Assembly: GCA_964247055.1 (NCBI GenBank)
Contig: OZ176053.1
Location: 13,454,001-13,518,000 of the forward strand
Source: Paragordius varius
Taxonomy: Eukaryota > Animalia > Nematomorpha
Length of the DNA: 64,000 bases
Reading direction: 5' to 3'
Shown: one piece after another, positions 1 through 12,174 of the stretch
Layout of the letters: every line of letters starts with the position of its first letter
Numbering within the stretch: the stretch's first letter is position 1
Notes under the pieces: generated by a model
Databases searched by the model: none
The model's input: only the letters and a program-made list of their open reading frames with translations
Told to the model about the DNA's origin: nothing
Made by a program: the position numbers and the translations under genes

Positions 1-1845
1 TTATTGATTCGACTAGTTTTATACATTAATTTATAAAGTATCGTTGTAAAAATCGGATATGAAAGAGTTTGTCAAACTATCTCTATATTTTGATGTAGTC
101 TTGCTAAGAGAATGTATAAAAAATAATTTTGTTCACCGGTGACCAATATCAGATTTTTATGGACAAAGTTTAACTTGAGTATTGATGCGACTAGTTTAAT
201 ACATTAATTTTTAAAGTATCGTTGTAAAAATCGGATATGAAAGAGTTTGTCAAACTATCTCTATATTTTGATGTAGTCTTGCTAAGAGAATATATAAAAA
301 ATAATTTTGTTCACCGGTGACCAATATCCGATATTTAAGGACAAAGTTTAATTTGAGTATTGATGCGACTAGTTAAATACATTAATTTTTAAAGTATCGT
401 TGTAAAAATCGGATATGAAAGAGTTTGTCAAACTATCTCTATATTTTGATGTAGTCTTGCTAAGAGAATGTATAAAAAATAATTTTGTTCACCGGTGACC
501 AATATCAGATTTTTAAGGACAAAGTTTAACTTGAGTATTGATGCGACTAGTTTAATACATTAATTTTTAAAGTATCGTTGTAAAAATCGGATATGAAAGA
601 GTTTGTCAAACTATCTCTATATTTTGATGTAGTCTTGCTAAGAGAATGTATAAAAAATAATTTTGTTCACCGGTGACCAATATCAGATTTTTAAGGACAA
701 AGTTTAACTTGAGTATTGATGCGACTAGTTTAATACATTAATTTTTAAAGTATCGTTGTAAAAATCGGATATGAAAGAGTTTGTCAAACTATCTCTATAT
801 TTTGATGTAGTCTTGCTAAGAGAATATATAAAAAATAATTTTGTTCACCGGTGACCAATATCCAATATTTAAGGACAAAGTTTAATTTGAGTATTGATGC
901 GACTAGTTTAATACATTAATTTTTAAAGTATCGTTGTAAAAATCGGATATGAAAGAGTTTGTCAAACTATCTCTATTTTGATGTAGTCTTACTAAGAGAA
1001 TGTATAAAAAATTATTTTGTTCACCGGTGACCAATATCCGATTTTTAAGGACAAAGTTTAACTAGAGTATTGATGCGACTTATTGATACGACTAGTTTTA
1101 TACATTAATTTATAAAGTATCGTTGTAAAAATCGGATATGAAAGAGTTTGTGAAACTATTTCTATATTTTGATGTAGTCTTGCTAATGTATAAAAAATAA
1201 TTTTGTTCACCGGTGACCAATATCCGATTTTTAAGGACAAAGTTTAACTTGAGTATTGATGCGACTAGTTTAATACATTAATTTTTAAAGTATCGTTGTA
1301 AAAATCGGATATGAAAGAGTTTGGCAAACTATTTCTATATTTTGATGTAGTCTTACTAAGAGAATGTATAAAAAATTATTTTGTTCACCGGTGACCAATA
1401 TCCGATTTTTAAGGACAAAGTTTAACTTGAATATTGATGCGACTAGTTTAATACATTAATTTTTAAAGTATCGTTGTAAAAATCGGATATGAAAGAGTTT
1501 GTCAAACTATCTCTATATTTTGATGTAGTCTTGCTAAGAGAATGTATAAAAAATAATTTTGTTCACCGGTGACCAATATCCGATTTTTAAGGACAAAGTT
1601 TAACTTGAGTATTGATGCGACTAGTTTAATACATTAATTTTTAAAGTATCGTTGTAAAAACCGGATATGAAAGAGTTTGTCAAACTATCTCTATATTTTG
1701 ATGTAGTCTTACTAAGAGAATGTATAAAAAATTATTTTGTTCACCGGTGACCAATATCCGATTTTTAAGGACAAAGTTAACTTGAGTATTGATGCGACTA
1801 GTTTAATACATTAATTTTTAAAGTATCGTTGTAAAAATCGGATAT

Positions 1846-3295
1846 GAAAGAGTTTGTCAAACTATCTCTATATTTTGATGTGGTCTTACTAAGAGAATGT
1901 ATAAAAAATAATTTTGTTCACCGGTGACCAATATTCGATTTTTAAGGACAAAGTTTAACTTGAGTATTGAAGCGATTTATTGATACAACTAGTTTTATAC
2001 ATTAATTTTTAAAGTATCGTTGTAAAAATCGGATATGAAAGAGTTTGTCAAACTATCTCTATATTTTGATGTAGTAATGTGAAGAGAATATATAAAAAAT
2101 AATTTTGTTCACCGGTGCCCAATATCCGATTTTTAAGGACAAAGTTTAATTTGAGTATTGATGCGACTAGTTTAATACATTAATTTTTAAAGTATCGTTG
2201 TAAAAATCGGATATGAAAGAGTTTGTCAAACTATTTCTATATTTTGATGTAGTCTTACTAAGAGAATGTAAAAAAAATTATTTTGTTCACCGGTGAACAA
2301 TATCCGATTTTTAAGGACAAAGTTTAACTTGAGTATTGATGCGACTGGTTTAATACCATAATTTTTAAAGTATCGTTGTAAAAATCGGATATGAAAGAGT
2401 TTGTCAAACTATCTCTATATTTTGATGTAGTCTTACTAAGAGAATGTATAAAAAATTATTTTGTTCACCGGTGACCAATATCCGATTTTTAAGGACAAAG
2501 TTTACCTTGAGTATTGATGCGACTGGTTTAATACCATAATTTTTAAAGTATCGTTGTAAAAATCGGATATGAAAGAGTTTGTCAAACTATCTCTATATTT
2601 TGATGTGGTCTTACTAAGAGAATGTATAAAAAATAATTTTGTTCACCGGTGACCAATATTCGATTTTTAAGGACAAAGTTTAACTTGAGTATTGAAGCGA
2701 TTTATTGATACAACTAGTTTTATACATTAATTTTTAAAGTATCGTTGTAAAAATCGGATATGAAAGAGTTTGTCAAACTATCTCTATATTTTGATGTAGT
2801 AATGTGAAGAGAATATATAAAAAATAATTTTGTTCACCGGTGCCCAATATCCGATTTTTAAGGACAAAGTTTAATTTGAGTATTGATGCGACTAGTTTAA
2901 TACATTAATTTTTAAAGTATCGTTGTAAAAATCGGATATGAAAGAGTTTGTCAAACTATTTCTATATTTTGATGTAGTCTTACTAAGAGAATGTAAAAAA
3001 AATTATTTTGTTCACCGGTGAACAATATCCGATTTTTAAGGACAAAGTTTAACTTGAGTATTGATGCGACTGGTTTAATACCATAATTTTTAAAGTATCG
3101 TTGTAAAAATCGGATATGAAAGAGTTTGTCAAACTATCTCTATATTTTGATGTAGTCTTACTAAGAGAATGTATAAAAAATTATTTTGTTCACCGGTGAC
3201 CAATATCCGATTTTTAAGGACAAAGTTTACCTTGAGTATTGATGCGACTGGTTTAATACCATAATTTTTAAAGTATCGTTGTAAAAATCGGATAT
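1846..3295. repeat. Higher-order repeat in satellite A: 4-monomer unit (725 bp) present twice
   Basis: The private variant GTAGTAATGTGAAG is at 2071 and 2796, and TGTGGTC (first G of GG) is at 1882 and 2607; both offsets are 725 = 191+3x178. Confidence 0.92.
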
Positions 3296-6200
3296 GAAAG
3301 AGTTTGTCAAACTATCTCTATATTTTGATGTAGTCTTACTAAGAGAATGTATAAAAAATTATTTTGTTCACCGGTGACCAATATCCGATTTTTAAGGACA
3401 AAGTTTAACTAGAGTATTGATGCGACTTATTGATTCGACTAGTTTTATACATTAATTTATAAAGTATCGTTGTAAAAATCGGATATGAAAGAGTTTGTCA
3501 AACTATCTCTATATTTTGATGTAGTCTTAATAAGAGAATGTATAAAAAATTATTTTGTTCACCGGTGACCAATATCCGATTTTTAAGGACAAAGTTTAAC
3601 TAGAGTATTGATGCGACTTATTGATACGACTAGTTTTATACATTAATTTATAAAGTATCGTTGTAAAAATCGGATATGAAAGAGTTTGTCAAACTATCTC
3701 TATATTTTGATGTAGTCTTACTAAGAGAATGTATAAAAAATTATTTTGTTCACCGGTGACCAATATCCGATTTTTAAGGACAAAGTTTACCTTGAGTATT
3801 GATGCGACTGGTTTAATACCATAATTTTTAAAGTATCGTTGTAAAAATCGGATATGAAAGAGTTTGTCAAACTATCTCCATATTTTGATGTAGTCTTACT
3901 AAGAGAATGTATAAAAAATTATTTTGTTCACCGGTGACCAATATCCGATTTTTAAGGACAAAGTTTAACTAGAGAATTGATGCGACTTATTGATTCGACT
4001 AGTTTTATACATTAATTTATAAAGTATCGTTGTAAAAATCGGATATGAAAGAGTTTGTCAAACTATCTCTATATTTTGATGTAGTCTTGCTAAGAGAATG
4101 TATAAAAAATAATTTTGTTCACCGGTGACCAATATCCGATTTTTAAGGACAAAGTTTAACTTGAGTATTGATGCGACTAGTTTAATACATTAATTTTTAA
4201 AGTATCGTTGTAAAAATCGGATATGAAAGAGTTTGGCAAACTATTTCTATATTTTGATGTAGTCTTACTAAGAGAATGTATAAAAAATTATTTTGATCAC
4301 CGGTGACCAATATCCGATTTTTAAGGACAAAGTTTAACTTGAGTATTGATGCGACTAGTTTAATTTAAAGTATCGTTGTAAAAATCGGATATAAAAGAGT
4401 TTGTCAAACTATCTCTATATTTTGATGTAGTCTTGCTAAGAGAATGTATAAAAAATAATTTTGTTCACCGGTGACCAATATCCGATTTTTAAGGACAAAG
4501 TTTAACTTGAGTATAGATGCGACTAGTTTAATACATTAATTTTTAAGGTATCGTTGTAAAAATCGGATATGAAAGAGTTTGTCAAACTATCTCTATATTT
4601 TGATGTGGTCTTACTAAGAGAATGTATAAAAAATAATTTTGTTCACCGGTGACGAATATTCGATTTTTAAGGACAAAGTTTAACTTGAGTATTGAAGCGA
4701 TTTATTGATACGACTAGTTTTATACATTAATTTTTTAAAGTATCGTTTTAAAAATCGGATATGAAAGAGTTTGTCAAACTATCTCTATATTTTGTAGTCT
4801 TGCTAAGAGAATGTATAAAAAATAATTTTGTTCACCGGTGACCAATATCCGATTTGTAAGGACAAAGTTTAACTTGAGTATTGATGCGACTAGTTTAATA
4901 CATTAATTTTTAAAGTATCGTTGTAAAAATCGGATATGAAAGAGTTTGCCAAACTATCTCTATATTTTGATGTAGTCCTACTAAGAGAATGTATAAAAAA
5001 TAATTTTGTTCACCAGTGACCAATATCCGATTTTTAAGGACAAAGTTTAACTTGAGTATTGATGCGATTTATTGATACGACTAGTTTTTTACATTAATTT
5101 TTAAAGTATCGTTGTAAAAATCGGATATGAAAGAGTTTGTCAAACTATCTCTATATTTTGATGTAGTCTTGCTAAGAGAATGTATATAAAATAATTTTGT
5201 TCAGCGGTGACCAAAATCCGATTTTTAAGGACAAAGTTTAACTTGAGTATTGATGCGACTAGTTTAACACATGAATTTTTAAAGTATCGTTGTAAAAATC
5301 AAATATGAAAGAGTTTGTCAAACTATCTCTATATTTTGATGTAGTCTTACTAAGAAAATGTATAAAAAATAATTTTGTTCACCGGTGACCAATATTCGAT
5401 TTTTAACGACAAAGTTTAACTTGAGTATTGATGAGACTAGTTTAACACATTAATTTTTAAAATATCGTTGTAAAAATCGGATATGAAAGAGTTTGTCAAA
5501 CTATTTCTATATTTTGATGTAGTCTTACTAAGAGAATGTATAAAAAATTATTTTGTTCACCGGTGACCAATATCCGATTTTTAAGGACAAAGTTTAACTT
5601 GAGTATTGATGCGACTAGTTTAATACATTAATTTTTAAAGTATCGTTGTAAAAATCGGATATGAAAGAGTTTGTCAAACTATCTATATATTTTGATGTAG
5701 TCTTACTAAGAGAATGTATAAAAAATAATTTTGTTCACCGGTGACCAATATCCGATTTTTAAGGACAAAGTTTAACTTGAGTATTGATGCGACTTGTTTA
5801 ACACATTAATTTTTAAAATATCGTTGTAAAAATCGGATATGAAAGAGTTTGTCAAACTATCTCTATATTTTGATGTAGTCTTACTAAGAAAATGTATAAA
5901 AAATAATTTTGTTCACCGGTGACCAATATTCGATTTTTAAGGACAAAGTTTAACTTGAGTATTGATGCGACTAGTTTTATACATTAATTTTTAAGTATCG
6001 TTGTAAAAATCGGATATGAAAGAGTTTGCCAAACTATCTCTATATTTTGATATAGTCCTACTATGAGAATGTATAAAAAATAATTTTGTTCACCGGTGAC
6101 CAATATCCGATTTTTAAGGACAAAGTTTAACTTGAGTATTGATGCGATTTATTGATACGACTAGTTTTATACATTAATTTTTAAAGTATCGTTGTAAAAA

Positions 6201-9200
6201 TCGGATATGAAAGAGTTTGTCAAACTATCTCTATATTTTGATGTAGTCTTGCTAAGAGAATGTATAAAAAATAATTTTGTTCACCGGTGACCAATATCCG
6301 ATTTTTAAGGACAAAGTTTAATTTGAGTATTGATGCGACTAGTTTAATACATTAATTTTTAAAGTATCGTTGTAAAAATCGGATATGAAAGAGTTTGTCA
6401 AACTATTTCTATATTTTGATGTCGTCTTACTAAGAGAATGTATAAAAAATTATTTTGTTCACCGGTGACCAATATCCGATTTTTAAGGACAAAGTTTAAC
6501 TTGAGTATTGATGCGACTGGTTTAATACCATAATTTTTAAAGTATCGTTGTAAAAATCGGATATGAAAGAGTTTGTCAAATTATCTCTATATTTTGATGT
6601 AGTCTTACTAAGAGAATGTATAAAAAATTATTTTGTTCACCGGTGACCAATATCCGATTTTTAAGGACAAAGTTTAACTAGAGTATTGATGCGACTTATT
6701 GATTCGACTAGTTTTATACATTAATTTATAAAGTATCGTTGTAAAAATTGGATATGAAAGAGTTTGTCAAACTATCTCTATATATTGATGTAGTCTTGCT
6801 AAGAGAATGTATAAAAAATAATTTTGTTCACCGGTGACCAATATCCGATATTTAAGGACAAAGTTTAATTTGAGTATTGATGCGACTAGTTTAATACATT
6901 AATTTTTAAAGTATCGTTGTAAAAATCGGATATGAAAGAGTTTGTCAAACTATCTCTATATTTTGATGTAGTCTTGCTAAGAGAATATATAAAAAATAAT
7001 TTTGTTCACCGGTGACCAATATCCGATATTTAAGGACAAAGATTAATTTGAGTATTGATGCGACTAGTTTAATACATTAATTTTTAAAGTATCGTTGTAA
7101 AAATCGGATATGAAAGAGTTTGTCAAACTATCTCTATTTTGATGTAGTCTTACTAAGAGAATGTATAAAAAATTATTTTGTTCACCGGTGACCAATATCC
7201 GATTTTTAAGGACAAAGTTTAACTAGAGTATTGATGCGACTTATTGATTCGACTAGTTTTATACATTAATTTATAAAGTATCGTTGTAAAAATCGGATAT
7301 GAAAGAGTTTGTCAAACTATCTCTATATATTGATGTAGTCTTGCTAAGAGAATGTATAAAAAATAATTTTGTTCACCGGTGACCAATATCCGATTTTTAA
7401 GGACAAAGTTTAACTTGAGTATTGATATAACTAGTTTAATACATTAATTTTTAAAGTATCGCTGTAAAAATCGGATATGAAAGAGTTTGTCAAACTATCT
7501 CTATATTTTGATGTAGTCTTGCTAAGAGAATATATAAAAAATAATTTTGTTCACCGGTGACCAATATCCGATTTTTAAGGACAAAGTTTAACTTGAGTAT
7601 TGATGCGACTAGTTTAATACATTAATTTTTAAAGTATCGTTGTAAAAATCGGATATGAAAGAGTTTGGCAAACTATTTCTATATTTTGATGTAGTCTTAC
7701 TAAGAGAATGTATAAAAAATTATTTTGTTCACCGGTGACCAATATCCGATTTTTAAGGACAAAGTTTAACTAGAGTATTGATGCGACTTATTGATACGAC
7801 TAGTTTTATACATTAATTTAGAAAGTATCGTTGTAAAATCGGATATGAAAGAGTTTGTCAAACTATCTCTATATTTTGATGTAGTCTTACTAAGAGAATG
7901 TATAAAAAATAATTTTGTTCACCGGTGACCAATATCCGATATTTAAGGACAAAGTTTAATTTGAATATTGATGCGACTAGTTTAATACATTAATTTTTAA
8001 AGTATCGTTGTAAAAATCGGATATGAAAGAGTTTGTCAAACTATCTCTATTTTGATGTAGTCTTACTAAGAGAATGTATAAAAAATTATTTTGTTCACCG
8101 GTGACCAATATCCGATTTTTAAGGACAAAGTTTAACTAGAGTATTGATGCGACTTATTGATACGACTAGTTTTATACATTAATTTAGAAAGTATCGTTGT
8201 AAAAATCGGATATGAAAGAGTTTGTCAAACTATCTCTATATTTTGATGTAGTCTTGCTAAGAGAATGTATAAAAAATAATTTTGTTCACCGGTGACCAAT
8301 ATCCGAATTTTAAGGACAAAGTTTAACTTGAGTATTGATGCGACTAGTTTAATACATTAATTTTTAAAGTATCGTTGTAAAAATCGGATATGAAAGAGTT
8401 TGGCAAACTATTTCTATATTTTGATGTAGTCTTACTAAGAGAATGTATAAAAAATTATTTTGTTCACCGGTGACCAATATCCGATTTTTAAGGACAAAGT
8501 TTAACTTGAATATTGATGCGACTATTTTAATACATTAATTTTTAAAGTATCGTTGTAAAAATCGGATATGAAAGAGTTTGTCAAACTATCTCTATTTTGA
8601 TGTAGTCTTGCTAAGAGAATGTATAAAAAATAATTTTGTTCACCGGTGACCAATATCCGATTTTTAAGGACAAAGTTTAACTTGAGTATTGATGCGACTA
8701 GTTTAATACATTAATTTTTAAAGTATCGTTGTAAAAACCGGATATGAAAGAGTTTGTCAAACTATCTCTATATTTTGATGTAGTCTTACTAAGAGAATGT
8801 ATAAAAAATTATTTTGTTCACCGGTGAACAATATCCGATTTTTAAGGACAAAGTTAACTTGAGTATTGATGCGACTAGTTTAATTACATTAATTTTTAAA
8901 GTATCGTTGTAAAAATCGGATATGAAAGAGTTTGTCAAACTATCTCTATATTTTGATGTGGTCTTACTAAGAGAATGTATAAAAAATAATTTTGTTCACC
9001 GGTGACCAATATCCGATATTTAAGGACAAAGTTTAATTTGAGTATTGATGCGACTAGTTTAATACATTAATTTTTAAAGTATCGTTGTAAAAATCGGATA
9101 TGAAAGAGTTTGTCAAACTATCTCTATTTTGATGTAGTCTTGCTAAGAGAATGTATAAAAAATAATTTTGTTCACCGGTGACCAATATCCGATTTTTAAG

Positions 9201-12174
9201 GACAAAGTTTAACTTGAGTATTGATGCGACTAGTTTAATACATTAATTTTTAAAGTATCGTTGTAAAAATCGGATATGAAAGAGTTTGGCAAACTATTTC
9301 TATATTTTGATGTAGTCTTACTAAGAGAATGTATAAAAAATTATTTTGTTCACCGGTGACCAATATCCGATTTTTAAGGACAAAGTTTAACTTGAGTATT
9401 GATGCGACTAGTTTAATTTAAAGTATCGTTGTAAAAATCGGATATGAAAGAGTTTGTCAAACTATCTCTATATTTTGATGTAGTCTTGCTAAGAGAATGT
9501 ATAAAAAATAATTTTGTTCACCGGTGACCAATATCCGATTTTTAAGGACAAAGTTTAACTTGAGTATAGATGCGACTAGTTTAATACATTAATTTTTAAA
9601 GTGTCGTTGTAAAAACCGGATATGAAAGAGTTTGTCAAACTATCTCTATATTTTGATGTAGTCTTACTAAGAGAATGTATAAAAAATTATTTTGTTCACC
9701 GGTGACCAATATCCGATTTTTAAGGACAAAGTTAACTTGAGTATTGATGCGACTAGTTTAATACATTAATTTTTAAAGTATCGTTGTAAAAATCGGATAT
9801 GAAAGAGTTTGTCAAACTATCTCTATATTTTGATGTGGTCTTACTAAGAGAATGTATAAAATATAATTTTGTTCACCGGTGACCAATATTCGATTTTTAA
9901 GGACAAAGTTTAACCTGAGTATTGAAGCGATTTATTGATACGACTAGTTTATTACATTAATTTTTAAAGTATCGTTGTAAAAATCGGATATAAAAGAGTT
10001 TGTCAAACTATCTCTATATTTTGATGTAGTCTTGCTAAGAGAATATATAAAAAATAATTTTGTTCACCGGTGACCAATATCCGATTTTTAAGGACAAAGT
10101 TTAATTTGAGTATTGATGCGACTAGTTTAATACATTAATTTTTAAAGTATCGTTGTAAAAATCGGATATGAAAGAGTTTGTCAAACTATTTCTATATTTT
10201 GATGTAGTCTTACTAAGAGAATGTATAAAAAATTATTCTGTTCACCGGTGAACAATATCCGATTTTTAAGGACAAAGTTTAACTTGAGTATTGATGCGAC
10301 TGGTTTAATACCATAATTTTTAAAGTATCGTTGTAAAAATCGGATATGAAAGAGTTTGTCAAAATATCTCTATATTTTGATGTAGTCTTACTAAGAGAAT
10401 GTATAAAAAATTATTTTGTTCACCGGTGACCAATATCCGATTTTTAAGGACAAAGTTTAACTAGAGTATTGATGCGACTTATTGATACGACTACTTTTAT
10501 ACATTAATTTATAAAGTATCGTTGTAAAAATCGGATATGAAAGAGTTTGTCAAACTATCTCTATATTTTGATGTAGTCTTGCTAAGAGAATGTATAGAAA
10601 ATAATTTTGTTCACCGGTGACCAATATCCGATTTTTATGGACAAAGTTTAACTTGAGTATTGATGCGACTAGTTTAATACATTAATTTTTAAAGTATCGT
10701 TGTAAAAATCGGATATGAAAGAGTTTGTCAAACTATCTCTATATTTTGATGTAGTCTTGCTATGAGAATGTATAGAAAATAATTTTGTTCACCGGTAAAC
10801 AATATCCGATTTTTAAGGCAAAGTTTAACTTGAGTATTGATGCGACTGGTTTAATACCATAATTTTTAAAGTATCGTTGTAAAAATCGGATATGAAAGAG
10901 TTTGTCAAACTATCTCTATATTTTGATGTAGTCTTACTAAACGAATGTATAAAAAATTATTTTGTTCACCGGTGACCAATATCCGATTTTTAAGGACAAA
11001 GTTTAACTAGAGAATTGATGCGACTTATTGATACGACTAGTTTTATACATTAATTTATAAAGTATCGTTGTAAAAATCGGATATGAAAGAGTTTGTCAAA
11101 CTATCTCTATATTTTGATGTAGTCTTGCTAAGAGAATGTATAGAAAATAATTTTGTTCACCGGTGACCAATATCCGATTTTTAAGGACAAAGTTTAATTT
11201 GAGTATTGATGCGACTAGTTTAATACATTAATTTTTAAAGTATCGTTGTAAAAATCGGATATGAAAGAGTTTGTCAAACTATTTCTATATTTTGATGTAG
11301 TCTTACTAAGAGAATGTATAAAAAATTATTCTGTTCACCGGTGAACAATATCCGATTTTTAAGGACAAAGTTTAACTTGAGTATTGATGCGACTGGTTTA
11401 ATACCATAATTTTTAAAGTATCGTTGTAAAAATCGGATATGAAAGAGTTTGTCAAAATATCTCTATATTTTGATGTAGTCTTACTAAGAGAATGTATAAA
11501 AAATTATTTTGTTCACCGGTGACCAATATCCGATTTTTAAGGACAAAGTTTAACTAGAGTATTGATGCGACTTATTGATACGACTACTTTTATACATTAA
11601 TTTATAAAGTATCGTTGTAAAAACCGGATATGAAAGAGTTTGTCAAACTATCTCTATATTTTGATGTAGTCTTACTAAGAGAATGTATAAAAAATTATTT
11701 TGTTCACCGGTGACCAATATCCGATTTTTAAGGACAAAGTTAACTTGAGTATTGATGCGACTAGTTTAATACATTAATTTTTAAAGTATCGTTGTAAAAA
11801 TCGGATATGAAAGAGTTTGTCAAACTATCTCTATATTTTGATGTGGTCTTACTAAGAGAATGTATAAAAAATAATTTTCACCCGTGACCAATATTCGATT
11901 TTTAAGGGCAAAGTTTAACTTGAGTATTGAAGCGATTTATTGATACAACTAGTTTTATACATTAATTTTTAAAGTATCGTTGTAAAAATCGGATATGAAA
12001 GAGTTTGTCAAACTATCTCTATATTTTGATGTAGTCTTGCTAAGAAAATATATAAAAAATAATTTTGTTCACCGGTGACCAATATCCGATTTTTAAGGAC
12101 AAAGTTTAATTTGAGTATTGATGCGACTAGTTTAATACATTAATTTTTAAAGTATCGTTGTAAAAATCGGATAT

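Noticed and set aside
1058-1240. 60-aa minus-strand ORF (MSLKIGYW...)
   Set aside because: It lies wholly within about one satellite A monomer and is open only because of a local 5-bp deletion and substitutions. It resembles no protein I recognise and has no gene context.
1470-1487. CENP-B-box-like motif ATCGTTGTAAAAATCGGA in satellite A
   Set aside because: It shares TCGTTG and a second CGG with the CENP-B box (YTTCGTTGGAARCGGGA), but the two CpGs are 12 bp apart rather than 9 and the TTCG and CGGG cores are not matched. It does not meet the known binding requirement.
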